Notes under the pieces: model-generated
What the model saw: only the letters and a program-made list of their open reading frames with translations
Databases searched by the model: none
Told to the model about the DNA's origin: nothing
Position numbers and translations under genes: made by a program
In this document: positions 17,833 through 27,691 of the stretch, one piece after another
How the letters are laid out: every line of letters begins with the position of its first letter
Position numbering within the stretch: the first letter of the stretch is position 1
Source of the DNA: an uncultured Psychroflexus sp.
GTDB taxonomy: Bacteria > Bacteroidota > Bacteroidia > Flavobacteriales > Flavobacteriaceae
Assembly: GCA_913056525.1 (NCBI GenBank)
Contig: CAJXLO010000002.1
Span: 5,169-69,168 of the forward strand
DNA length: 64,000 nt
Direction of reading: 5' to 3'

Positions 17833-19611
17833 TTATTTAACTATGATTTTCTCAGTTGCTTTAGTTGATCCGTTTACCACCTGAAGCAAATATACACCTG
17901 AGTTTAAACTGGAAACATCAAGTTTATCATTACGTCCTAACGTCTGGCTTATCACTCTTTTTCCACTCATCGTATAAAGGCTTATCTCTACATCACCGTT
18001 CAATTGATGATCGATCTGGATCTCACCGTTCGATACAGGATTAGGATAGAGGTTTACATCGATGTTCTGGAATGCATCAGTACTTAAAGTAATGTCTATA
18101 TCATTTGAAGTTCTTGAATAAATCTGAGTATTTCCATTAAATTCAGCAGCTAAACCTACTAAACCATCAAGCGTCCCCATCGGGATTACGGTATCGATAT
18201 AATCAGCACCAAAAAATTCAGTTCTCATTTCACTAGTTTCTGAGCCGTTGCCGAATTCATAATTAGTTCCTGTTGCGAAGGTCACAGTACCATCAGCATC
18301 CGTAAAGCTTACATTTTGAAAACCCACTAATACAGATTCGTAATCTTCAAAATTGTTATTAAAGACCGATAAAGAAATAACTTCAGGAGAGACATTAACA
18401 TTTCCTACTACGGATCCGTTATCAGTAGAAGGAATAAAAGTTAAAACACCATTGTTGTCTTCTGTTACACCTCTTAGGCCTGTAACTTGATCTCCTATGA
18501 CATAGGCATCATTTGGGATGATCGCATTAGCATCTTCAATATAAATTCCTCTTGGTGTGTCATCCTGAAACCATTTGCGGTTATTAAAGTCATCTGCCAT
18601 TGTCATAGTTGATGCACCGGTTATTTCATAAAAGCCACCAACTCCGTTTGCCTGAACATCCGCTCTAAGTGCTGTGATATTAGGGACAGTCGTTATAGTT
18701 CCAACATCAAAGGTAAAACTTTCGCTATCTACGACACTTCCACCGGAGATCAAATCTAAGGTGATGTCATAGGTTTGCCCATCGGCAGTTTGGATAGAAA
18801 AAGGACTTGAGATGTCCTGAGTTACTGTTCCATTCACATCTATATCAACCTGATCGGATGCAGAGGTGTTAGCTGTAGTAAATTCTACATCTACCTGAGT
18901 GGTTCCTGGCGCAAATGTTTCTCCATCTGAGGGATTTTGGACGGTAAGACTTGGTGTTGCCGTAAAACCGTCTACAACGCGTAAGTTGTCCATGGCGATA
19001 TCTTCATCTCCGGAATCCAGTTGAAATTCAACCTGGATTTCTAAGGTTGTAGCACCAGACACGTCAAAGCCAGCACTAAACTCAGTCAGCGCATCTGTTA
19101 ATATTTGACCGTCACCTACTCCATCAAAGTCTGTGTCTATAGCAGCATTCCCATTAAAACCTGAATCTATATCAGCCTCGATCCATAAAAGATCCTGTGG
19201 TGTTCCACCATCTAAAGTGTAAGTAAAGTGGACATAATCATCAGGATCCCAATCAAGGGCCGGAAGTTCTGAATCTTCTGCTAATAATACCGCTAGATCT
19301 AAATTACTTAAACCAGTCACATCGATTTGAGCAGTAGATAAAGTAACTGGTAAAGTTGCACCTTCTCCGTCTATGTCTTGCGCGCCAAAGAAGAATGAGC
19401 CTTCAATACCATTGATCTGAACAGAACCGGCCAGGTCAGAACCGTCCGTTCTGATAAAATAATCATTGGCTCCGTCTGAGAACTCAGGGATAGAGGTGTT
19501 GTAATTAGTACCGTTTGCATCCGTTTCAAAGGTCTCCTGATAAACATTGGTTTGGGAATACCCTTGAAGACCAATAAATAAAGTTAATAAAATTAGTAAT
19601 TGTTTCATCAT
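17833..19611 (-). CDS. T9SS type-A CTD secreted protein with OB-fold-like (extracellular-nuclease accessory) domains
   Basis: Signal peptide and C-terminal LYPNPV...LNSGVYLLQV...KIIVK sorting domain. Internal GIYIED...IGDQVTGLRG and DYESVLVGFQNVSF segments resemble OB-fold regions of ExeM/YhcR-type nucleases. Confidence 0.8.
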   Translation of the reverse strand: MMKQLLILLTLFIGLQGYSQTNVYQETFETDANGTNYNTSIPEFSDGANDYFIRTDGSDLAGSVQINGIEGSFFFGAQDIDGEGATLPVTLSTAQIDVTGLSNLDLAVLLAEDSELPALDWDPDDYVHFTYTLDGGTPQDLLWIEADIDSGFNGNAAIDTDFDGVGDGQILTDALTEFSAGFDVSGATTLEIQVEFQLDSGDEDIAMDNLRVVDGFTATPSLTVQNPSDGETFAPGTTQVDVEFTTANTSASDQVDIDVNGTVTQDISSPFSIQTADGQTYDITLDLISGGSVVDSESFTFDVGTITTVPNITALRADVQANGVGGFYEITGASTMTMADDFNNRKWFQDDTPRGIYIEDANAIIPNDAYVIGDQVTGLRGVTEDNNGVLTFIPSTDNGSVVGNVNVSPEVISLSVFNNNFEDYESVLVGFQNVSFTDADGTVTFATGTNYEFGNGSETSEMRTEFFGADYIDTVIPMGTLDGLVGLAAEFNGNTQIYSRTSNDIDITLSTDAFQNIDVNLYPNPVSNGEIQIDHQLNGDVEISLYTMSGKRVISQTLGRNDKLDVSSLNSGVYLLQVVNGSTKATEKIIVK

Positions 19612-19674
19612 GTTTTTTTTTGTAAAATTAATAATAAAGAACCAAGTAAAGGGCTTCGCAATGTTTTGAAATCA

Positions 19675-22536
19675 TTAAAAATTGAAACTATAGCCTAAAG
19701 AGAAGGTTCTAAATGGCTGTCTGACGCTGAATATCTCAGATTGACCGCCGAAAGAATTATAAAAACTTTCCCTTTTATCATCTAAGATATTTTCAACCTT
19801 GAAGCTTATGGCTGAACTTTCATTCTTGCCAAAGGTCTTTCTAAATTTGAAATTTAGACTATGGAAAGGTTGAGTAAAAACATCAGGAACAATACCGGTA
19901 CCTACAACCTGTAATGTTTCGCCCTGAACATTGTAGAAAAAACCGGTTTGTAAACCTAAATCATCATTAGAATAGTCAAGCCCGGCATTGATCAAATAAG
20001 GCGATTGCCCTTGTAGTTCACGTTCTCTATCTATGGTTTGACCTTCGCGTGCCGCTAACTGTCTCCTGTTGAATTCTGCTTCAAACATGGTTAAGGATGA
20101 TTCTATAAGAGATATATTAAAATTGACTTTTAGATTTTTCAAACTCTCTACTATAAAACCTAACCTTTTTCTAAATTCTACCTCAACACCATAAACTTCA
20201 GCATTTCCTAAATTTCTTGGTGTTAACTGACTAGGCGCTGCTTCAAAAAAGGTAAGCTCAATAGGGTCTGTAAAGTCCTTATAGAAAACACTCGCAGCTA
20301 ACATCTCACCTTCTCCGGCAAAAAATTCATAGCGAAGATCAAAATTATTAACATAAGTAGGTTGCAGGTCTATGTTACCTATGAACGTACGGTTAGCAAT
20401 AGGATCGAATATCTGAACAAATGAAGCCTCTTTAAATGAAGGTCTAGCTGTTGTTCTCGAATAGGAGGCTCTGAAATTTGATTGTTCTGTTAGTTCATAA
20501 ATAAGATTAGCAGATGGGAACAGATCAGCTTTGTCTAAAATGAGATCATTGTCAAACACTTGCGTATTAGGGTCATTTAATGATCCCTGACTTTGACCGG
20601 TATAATAGGATTCAAATTTCTCAAACCTTAACCCGATCACTGTTTTAAATTTTTCGAATGGCACGAAATCTATTTGTCCATAACCGGCAAACGTTCTCTG
20701 CTCACCTTCATATGCATTTGAAGGCTCAAACTGATCACCAAATAGAAGTATAGTTCCTTCATCTTCTTCTGGGTTCCAAATATTTTGTGGTTGCAGTAAT
20801 GTATTGGGATCGTTGTTAGGAACTGATCGATTCACTCTATCAAATCTGTAATCATCAATAGCGTAATCTCTATTCTTTAAGGCAACATTACCACCAAATT
20901 TAATGTTAGCTGGCCGGTCTAATATATCGGTCTTCTTCTCGACATCTGCTTTAGAAATGTAGTCTACTTCTTCTAAACTACGCCATATTCTGATAGGAAA
21001 ACCAGCTGTGTTAGGTCTAACACTTAACTGACCTTCCTGATTTTCTTGTAATATGGTAACTCTGTGATCTTTATCGTCATTTTTAGCTAATGAAGGTGAT
21101 ACTTTCCATTCTAACTCCCAGCGATTTTCAAAATTATGCTTTCCGCTTAATAGAAGATTGGAGATAGAACGTTGTGTATAAAGGAGGGCATCTTTCCTAA
21201 GGTCAGCAAATCCGGTTCCTCCTGCACCTTCTGCTAATATTTGGTTATATAAACCTGCAGAAGATTCTCCATTCTGAATATGCAGTAAATTAAGCTTGTA
21301 TTTCGAGTTTTCTCTTTTGTAAACTAAGCCGGCTAAGCCATTTAATATAACGTTGTTGATTCCTTCAGAACCAGTTGTGATTCTATTGGCGTTTAGTTCT
21401 AAGACTGAATTATCATTTTGATTTTTGATATAGTTACCATCTTGCCTATTTTCATAGAACGTCGTTTCATTTTTATAAGACAGCGAGAACTGATAACCTA
21501 ACTGGTCATCACCTATATCAAATTGATTTCCCGCTGTAAAATTAATATTGAAATTGGGGTTACTGGTTTGTTGTTGTGGGGTAAGTTGTTTCTCAAATCT
21601 ACCGGTTAGTTCTGTGAGCGGGTGAACTTCCTGGTTTGGAAATTCTTCAAACGTACCGGGTATGACCGTTGATCTACTTAGTGGAAGGTCACGCGTGCCA
21701 TCATCAAAACCTAAAAAATCAGTACCACTACCGTCATAGGCTAAATAATTGTCTTGAAAGTGCATGTCAGGATTTACACCGGTTCCTAAAGAGATACTAT
21801 AAGAAGGTTTAGCCGGAAAGTCTTTAGTTTGTATATTGACGATACCGCCGGTAAAATCGGCCGGGTAAGTAGCTGATGCCGACTTAACAACCACTACATT
21901 TTCAAGTATATTGGTTGGGAAAAGATCCATTTGTATTGTGTTTTTATCAGGATCTAAGCCTGGAATATCAACACCATTTAATATTGTTTTTGTATATCGG
22001 TCACCTAAACCTCTCACATAAACGTATTTACCGCCCTGTACAGAAACGCCGGGGACGTTTTTAACTGCACTGGCTACATTTCCTGCACCGGATTTTTTTA
22101 TACTTTCTATAGAAAGACCATCTACTTGAGAAACCGAATTTTTTTGAAGATTTAAAACAGACTGTTCCGTATTTTTACTGGCTGTGGTTGTAATAACTAC
22201 CTCATCTAATTGTCCCGCAGCTTGATTTAACGTTGTGTTGACAAAGGTTTCATCGTCACTTTTAACCTCAACGCCTGTTATTTCTTTGGTTTCATATCCT
22301 ACAAAAGAAAAGACCAGTGTATAAGTGCCTGGTTCTATTTCTATGGAATATTTCCCTTCAAAATCTGTAGTAGCCCCCTTAGTAGTTTCTTTTACAGAGA
22401 CCTCAGCAAATGGGAGAACGTCATTTAACTCGCCATCTTTTACAGTTCCAGAAATATATCCATTTTGTGCATGAGTTAAGTAACTACACAGACTGAATGA
22501 TAGAATAAATAAAATTTTAGTGATCTTTCTTCGCAT
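19675..22536 (-). CDS. TonB-dependent receptor
   Basis: Signal peptide, GATTDFEGKY N-terminal domain, LDEVVIT, plug VYVRGLGDRYT...ADFTGGIVNI, SYSRTTARPSF, and C-terminal YSFNF. Confidence 0.95.
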   Translation of the reverse strand: MRRKITKILFILSFSLCSYLTHAQNGYISGTVKDGELNDVLPFAEVSVKETTKGATTDFEGKYSIEIEPGTYTLVFSFVGYETKEITGVEVKSDDETFVNTTLNQAAGQLDEVVITTTASKNTEQSVLNLQKNSVSQVDGLSIESIKKSGAGNVASAVKNVPGVSVQGGKYVYVRGLGDRYTKTILNGVDIPGLDPDKNTIQMDLFPTNILENVVVVKSASATYPADFTGGIVNIQTKDFPAKPSYSISLGTGVNPDMHFQDNYLAYDGSGTDFLGFDDGTRDLPLSRSTVIPGTFEEFPNQEVHPLTELTGRFEKQLTPQQQTSNPNFNINFTAGNQFDIGDDQLGYQFSLSYKNETTFYENRQDGNYIKNQNDNSVLELNANRITTGSEGINNVILNGLAGLVYKRENSKYKLNLLHIQNGESSAGLYNQILAEGAGGTGFADLRKDALLYTQRSISNLLLSGKHNFENRWELEWKVSPSLAKNDDKDHRVTILQENQEGQLSVRPNTAGFPIRIWRSLEEVDYISKADVEKKTDILDRPANIKFGGNVALKNRDYAIDDYRFDRVNRSVPNNDPNTLLQPQNIWNPEEDEGTILLFGDQFEPSNAYEGEQRTFAGYGQIDFVPFEKFKTVIGLRFEKFESYYTGQSQGSLNDPNTQVFDNDLILDKADLFPSANLIYELTEQSNFRASYSRTTARPSFKEASFVQIFDPIANRTFIGNIDLQPTYVNNFDLRYEFFAGEGEMLAASVFYKDFTDPIELTFFEAAPSQLTPRNLGNAEVYGVEVEFRKRLGFIVESLKNLKVNFNISLIESSLTMFEAEFNRRQLAAREGQTIDRERELQGQSPYLINAGLDYSNDDLGLQTGFFYNVQGETLQVVGTGIVPDVFTQPFHSLNFKFRKTFGKNESSAISFKVENILDDKRESFYNSFGGQSEIFSVRQPFRTFSLGYSFNF

Positions 22537-22556
22537 TTTTTATTTGAGTTTTAAAA

Positions 22557-22589
22557 CAATTGCCCATCAAAATAATTGATGAGCAATTG
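22557..22589. other. Intercistronic stem-loop between the lipoprotein and TBDR genes
   Basis: CAATTGCCCATCAA-AATAA-TTGATGAGCAATTG, a 14-bp stem with one mismatch. It could be a partial terminator or mRNA stabiliser favouring the upstream lipoprotein. Confidence 0.65.
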
Positions 22590-22630
22590 ATATTTTAAGG
22601 GCTAATTATATATGATACTGGAGGTCAAGA

Positions 22631-23890
22631 TTAAAATCCTAAGCCTGCAACATTGTTAGCATAAGTCCAGGCAAATTCAGATGTATTGGCACCTACTGTT
22701 TGGCTACCTTCAGTAACAGCTGTTCCCTCAGAACCAAATCCTGGTGTGTTAACACTTGTTGTGTTGTTAAATACTTCACTTACGTTATTAATACCACTAG
22801 GAAGAACGATTTCCCAATTAGCTAAGCTAAGGTCACCGCTATTATAGTTGTTTGCAGATGTATCATCATCAATTTCAATGTCAGATGATGATTTAAAGTT
22901 ATATGCATATACATTTTCAACCATTCCTCTTGCGCCAGAACGGAAATCAGCAAATTCACCTCCATCTGTGTTCATGTTACCTACTAAAGTAGCATTAGTT
23001 AACGTGAACTCATCCTGGAATGTTCCCTCTGGACCATCAATTTCAAAACCGTGGTCAGATACATCGCCTAAAACAGCCATTGCATTGTCGATCGTTCCGC
23101 TGTAAGCCTGATCGATGTCAAAGGCATCATCACCTTGAGCCCAAACAAATAAATTTGATGAATCAACCGTACCGCCAAACCATTCAAAAGCATCATCAAG
23201 ATTAGCAACTACCTCTACATGGCTTATTTCAGTGTTTCTTCCAACGCCACCCATGGTCAAACCGTTGATCTCGTTTCCTTCACCTATTAAAGCGCCACCA
23301 TGACGAATAGATACATACTGGAAACTACCAGAATCATCATTTGGGTCATTACCTCCGTATAAACCAAATGTATCAGATGCCGGAATACCTTCAATTTGTA
23401 ATTCCTCAACATCACCCTCAAAAGAACATGGTGCTTTACCTAAAATTAAAACGCCGCCCCACAGACCTCTGTCATTTTGGTCTAAGTTAGTGCCAGCAGT
23501 TTCTCCTATGGCGATATTATCTTCTTCAGAAGTGAAAATAATAGGCTCACTTGGTGTTCCAACAGCTTCTATTTTACCACCACGAGCTACAATAAGAGCA
23601 GATGCTAGTGATCCTGAGCCAGATGACCCTTTAATGATCGTTCCCGGGTCGATGGTTAAAGTAACACCATCTTCTACAACAACTTTTTGGTTAAGGACAT
23701 AGATGTTGTCTGGTGTCCAGGTCTCATTGGAGGTAATCGCTCCTGTTACGTTGACGATGTTTTCATCAACTGGGTCGTTAGGTCCAGCTGTCGTACCACC
23801 ATCGTCATCATCACTACAGCTAGTAGTAATCGCACCCAAGCTCAAGATAAAAGCTAAGGTCATTAGAATGTTTGAATTCAATTTTTTCAT
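22631..23890 (-). CDS. Surface lipoprotein, probable beta-helix, partner of the adjacent TBDR
   Basis: Lipobox TTSC followed by acidic SDDDDGG (resembles the Bacteroidota lipoprotein export signal). Motifs LTIDPGTIIKG, PIIFTS, WGGVLILGKA, EINGLT and DDAFEWFGGTV. Confidence 0.8.
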   Translation of the reverse strand: MKKLNSNILMTLAFILSLGAITTSCSDDDDGGTTAGPNDPVDENIVNVTGAITSNETWTPDNIYVLNQKVVVEDGVTLTIDPGTIIKGSSGSGSLASALIVARGGKIEAVGTPSEPIIFTSEEDNIAIGETAGTNLDQNDRGLWGGVLILGKAPCSFEGDVEELQIEGIPASDTFGLYGGNDPNDDSGSFQYVSIRHGGALIGEGNEINGLTMGGVGRNTEISHVEVVANLDDAFEWFGGTVDSSNLFVWAQGDDAFDIDQAYSGTIDNAMAVLGDVSDHGFEIDGPEGTFQDEFTLTNATLVGNMNTDGGEFADFRSGARGMVENVYAYNFKSSSDIEIDDDTSANNYNSGDLSLANWEIVLPSGINNVSEVFNNTTSVNTPGFGSEGTAVTEGSQTVGANTSEFAWTYANNVAGLGF

Positions 23891-23949
23891 AGTTAAATAA
23901 TTTTAGTTTTTAATTTGTTGCAAATAACGTTGAGCAACATCTTTTATAG

Positions 23950-24136
23950 CTTAGCTAAATATTAAATAAGGTTAAGTCTGTGTAAACCATTATCCGGTCA
24001 CATAAACTTAAAATGCTGTTTTTGTGCAAGTTAAATTTAATGATAATTTAAATTGTTTAACATACAGGTAACATCTTTCTGATTTTAAGATTACATTTAC
24101 CTAATATTGATGATTTTAAATAAATATTACTTAACC
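23950..24136. promoter_or_regulatory. Divergent promoter region with 11-bp-phased TAAC-like direct repeats (Pho-box-like)
   Basis: Plus strand TAAC 24058, TAAC 24069, TTAC 24091 and TAAT 24102 are in 11-bp phase. Minus strand TTAC/TAAC/TAAT/TAAG are spaced 11/10/11 within 23950-23986. TATTTTTG at 24158-24165 precedes the regulator gene. Confidence 0.5.
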
Positions 24137-24182
24137 TGAGTAGATTAAGTTTATCTTTATTTTTGCACAAATACTTTCACTT

Positions 24183-24869
24183 ATGAAAAAGAAGAACATT
24201 TCTATTCTGGTCGTTGATGATGATCCCGATATTGTAGAGATAGTCAAGTACAATTTGTCCAACGAAGACTATAAAGTATTTACTGCCAGCGACGGTATTG
24301 AAGCCGTAGAAAAAGCTAAAAAGAAAAAGCCACATCTGATCCTGCTCGATGTTATGATGCCGGAAATGGACGGCATAGAAGCCTGTGAGAAGATCAGAGA
24401 ACTAAAAGGTCTGGATGAGACCGTTATTGCTTTCCTGACCGCCCGAGGTGAGGATTATTCCCAGGTGGCCGGCTTTGAAGCGGGAGCAGATGATTATATT
24501 ACTAAGCCCATTAAGCCTAAGGTGTTGTCCTCAAAGGTCAAAGCTCTGCTTAGAAGATTCCTTAATGCGAGCGAGGACAAGAACATCTACAAAGTAGGCG
24601 AATTGACCATTAATAAAGATGAGTATAAAGTGACCTTAAAGAACAAAGAGATTCCGTTACCCCGCAAGGAGTTCGAGCTACTTTCTCTCCTAACTTCAGA
24701 ACCCGCCAAGGTGTTTAAAAGAGAAGACATTCTCAACACGGTTTGGGGGAACGAGGTCGTGGTAGGCGGGAGGACCATAGACGTCCACGTTAGAAAGCTA
24801 AGGGAAAAAATAGGAAGCGAACATTTTAAGACCGTCAAAGGTGTAGGGTATAAGTTTGTAAGCAAATGA
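24183..24869 (+). CDS. OmpR/PhoB-family response regulator (PhoB/PhoP-like)
   Basis: Receiver domain (VDDD, LLDVMMP, GADDYITKP) plus winged helix (RTIDVHVRKLREK, TVKGVGY). Confidence 0.93.
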   Translation: MKKKNISILVVDDDPDIVEIVKYNLSNEDYKVFTASDGIEAVEKAKKKKPHLILLDVMMPEMDGIEACEKIRELKGLDETVIAFLTARGEDYSQVAGFEAGADDYITKPIKPKVLSSKVKALLRRFLNASEDKNIYKVGELTINKDEYKVTLKNKEIPLPRKEFELLSLLTSEPAKVFKREDILNTVWGNEVVVGGRTIDVHVRKLREKIGSEHFKTVKGVGYKFVSK

Positions 24870-25951
24870 CGAACAAGAAGATCAAAAAAACCTATAAGTT
24901 CGCTTACAAGACTTCATTGCTGATCAGTTTGTTCTTTACGGTCGTCCTGATCATCATGCTTTATCTCGCTCAAGACATCACCTGGTGGATCATCGCCACA
25001 GGATTCGTCAGTAGTTATCTCATCAGTTTCTTTATCATCCAGCAGCGGGTAGAGCACTTTATCTATCGCCGGGTAAAATCTATTTACGACAGGGTTTCCC
25101 TGCTGGACGCATCAACAGTTCATAGAGATAATGTTACAACGGACATGTCAACCCTTCAGGAAGAAGTGGAAAGGTTTGCCAAGAACAAAAAGTTAGAGAT
25201 AGACACCCTCAAAGATCGTGAGAACTACCGGAAAGAGTTCATGGGTAACGTTTCTCACGAGTTGAAAACGCCGCTTTTTACCGTCCAGGGCTATATTCTT
25301 ACCTTATTGGATGGCGCTATAAAAGACAAGAAAGTAAGGGATAAATACCTGAACCGTGCCAGTAAGGGCGTAGACCGTTTGATCTATATCGTACGTGACC
25401 TGGACATGATCACAAAACTGGAAAGCGGTGACCTGACCCTGAACAAACAGGACTTTGACATACACGAGATCATACAGAACGTATTTGACCTCCTGGAAAT
25501 GAAGGCAGCAAAAAGGGATATTACGCTCACCTTCGATAGTTTTTATCCGGATCCGGTTTGGGTTCATGCCGATAAAGAAAAGGTCCAGCAGCTGCTAACC
25601 AATCTTATTGTCAACTCCATCAAATATGGCAAGAAGGAAGGTGCCACCGTGGTCAGCCTGGAAGAACTGAACAAGGAAAAGCTGCTTATCAAGGTCAGTG
25701 ATAACGGGATAGGCATTGCCCCGGGAAATATCAATAGATTGTTCGAAAGGTTCTATCGTGTAGACAAGAGCGGTTCCCGAAAAGAAGGAGGTTCCGGATT
25801 GGGCCTTTCCATAGTAAAACATATCATAGAAGCACACAAGGAAAAGATAAGTGTTGAGAGCCAATTGGGCGAAGGAAGCGAATTCTCATTCACCCTCAAA
25901 AAGGCCGAAAACTTCACCAAGATCAAACCCGGTGAAAGCAACGTTATTTGA
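24866..25951 (+). CDS. Sensor histidine kinase (PhoR-like)
   Basis: Two adjacent TM helices, H-box NVSHELKTPL, N-box NLIVNSIKY, G1 DNGIGI, F-box FERFYRVD, G2 GSGLGL. ATGA overlap with the regulator gene. Confidence 0.93.
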   Translation: MTNKKIKKTYKFAYKTSLLISLFFTVVLIIMLYLAQDITWWIIATGFVSSYLISFFIIQQRVEHFIYRRVKSIYDRVSLLDASTVHRDNVTTDMSTLQEEVERFAKNKKLEIDTLKDRENYRKEFMGNVSHELKTPLFTVQGYILTLLDGAIKDKKVRDKYLNRASKGVDRLIYIVRDLDMITKLESGDLTLNKQDFDIHEIIQNVFDLLEMKAAKRDITLTFDSFYPDPVWVHADKEKVQQLLTNLIVNSIKYGKKEGATVVSLEELNKEKLLIKVSDNGIGIAPGNINRLFERFYRVDKSGSRKEGGSGLGLSIVKHIIEAHKEKISVESQLGEGSEFSFTLKKAENFTKIKPGESNVI

Positions 25952-26947
25952 TCGATACTTTCTTTTACTGAACTGCCGTATTCTTTCTGCCGATAATTGA
26001 GCTTGCGATACTCGATCAAAATAATGATGTCGCTTAAGATGCTTCGCCAGATATAATTGCTCGGTCTGACCTGGAGTTGGCACGAGCAAGGCCGTCCTTT
26101 GCAATTTTATTAGGTCCATTATCGTGGAATAACCACCGCGTACGACTAGTGTATCACTCTGGCTAATTACCTGACCAACTTCAGCCCTACTCGCCATCCC
26201 AATTAGTTCAAGGTTATCCGAAATTTTCTCTGATGACCTTTCCTTACTTCCGGCCAGGATGATGTTCTTTCCCGCAAGCTCACGAAAACAAGCGATGAGC
26301 CTTTTTTCTAATGTCGTGCGCTCCGGCTCTGCTCCGGCGATAATAGCAGCATGATCATATCCGCTGGTTCTTTTTTGAACAGTAAGATCGCTTGGGAAGC
26401 CGATATATCTTAGAGCAATATCCGCATTTTTCCATTGGCTCATAGGGCCACAAATATTATGCGGCGGGGCAATGTCAGGTACCCAGCACTCATCAAATCT
26501 TCTGATGAGTTGACGATGTATGACGGTTGATAGTTCACTGAAAATACTGCTCTTTACCTGAAGCTGATGCGTGATGTAAGCAGAAGGTACATCCCTGTGA
26601 TACGCGTAAGGACGTCCATCTGAAATGATGCCTGTAAGACCCTCATTTTTGTGTATCGAATGAACAAGGGCTGCATCTTTTTTCAATTGAACGTTCCAGA
26701 AAAGAGATTTCACCATCAAATAAGGGAAATTGAATGCAGATCGCGATCCATAGGTTATATGAAGGGGCTTTAATTCGTAGGAAACAAGTTCAGGGAATTC
26801 GTTTTTTAAGAATGAAAGTGCTTTACCGTCCGAGGCGATGACCGGCTGGAAGTTTTGTTGTTGCAACGATCTGATGACAGGTATGCATCTTGTAGCATGG
26901 CCTAAACCCCAATTTAAGACCGCGACGAGTACTTTACCCTTTGGCAT
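25886..26947 (-). CDS. GT-B glycosyltransferase (GT28 C-terminal-like)
   Basis: LNWGLGHATR, GIISDGR, RGGYSTIMDL and PTPGQTEQ motifs. Confidence 0.88.
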   Translation of the reverse strand: MPKGKVLVAVLNWGLGHATRCIPVIRSLQQQNFQPVIASDGKALSFLKNEFPELVSYELKPLHITYGSRSAFNFPYLMVKSLFWNVQLKKDAALVHSIHKNEGLTGIISDGRPYAYHRDVPSAYITHQLQVKSSIFSELSTVIHRQLIRRFDECWVPDIAPPHNICGPMSQWKNADIALRYIGFPSDLTVQKRTSGYDHAAIIAGAEPERTTLEKRLIACFRELAGKNIILAGSKERSSEKISDNLELIGMASRAEVGQVISQSDTLVVRGGYSTIMDLIKLQRTALLVPTPGQTEQLYLAKHLKRHHYFDRVSQAQLSAERIRQFSKRKYRSNNVAFTGFDLGEVFGLFEGE

Positions 26948-27013
26948 GGAAGATCTTGATTTTCTAAGCCGTTAAAAATAAGTAATTTTACCCGCTTTAA
27001 GTAATATCTGGAA

Positions 27014-27688
27014 ATGGGAAGCAAGAACAAGCTCAAAAGATTCAGGGAAAACGATAGTTTTTCCAATGTGATACAACCTTCACGGGAAAAGCTCATAGCG
27101 GACGAATTCCCCTATAAAGGGAAATGGAGTGAAGCTTTCTTCTGCAACGATCGGCCAATTGTTGCTGAGCTTGGCTGTGGCAAAGGCGAATATTCCGTAG
27201 GACTGGCGCAACGTTTCCCGGAAAACAATTTCGTTGGTTTGGATATCAAAGGAGCGCGTTTCTGGCGTGGTGCGAAAACTGCATTAGAAAAAGGGCTGAA
27301 CAATGTCGCTTTCGTAAGGTCTCAGATCGAGCTTATAGAACATATCTTCGCTAAGGGTGAAGTGGATGAGATATGGATTACTTTCCCTGACCCACAGATC
27401 AAGCCCAAGCGGGAAAAACATCGATTAACCAATGCCGTTTTCCTCAACAGATATAAGCGGATATTAAAAGAGAACGGAACCTTACATTTAAAAACGGACA
27501 GCGAATTTATGTTCGGATATACACAAGGTCTGTTGACCGGACTGGGGAAGGAGGTGACCTATGCGCATCAGGACATTTATAAGAATCACGACCTCAAGGG
27601 ACCACTTACGGAGATCCAAACATTCTATGAGAAGCAGTTCCTGGCAGAAAAAAAGCCCATAACCTATTTAAAGTTCAAATTGGATTAA
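27014..27688 (+). CDS. trmB: tRNA (guanine-N7)-methyltransferase
   Basis: ELGCGKG, GLDIKGAR, ITFPDP, HLKTDS and TFYE motifs. Confidence 0.95.
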   Translation: MGSKNKLKRFRENDSFSNVIQPSREKLIADEFPYKGKWSEAFFCNDRPIVAELGCGKGEYSVGLAQRFPENNFVGLDIKGARFWRGAKTALEKGLNNVAFVRSQIELIEHIFAKGEVDEIWITFPDPQIKPKREKHRLTNAVFLNRYKRILKENGTLHLKTDSEFMFGYTQGLLTGLGKEVTYAHQDIYKNHDLKGPLTEIQTFYEKQFLAEKKPITYLKFKLD

Positions 27689-27691
27689 GTT

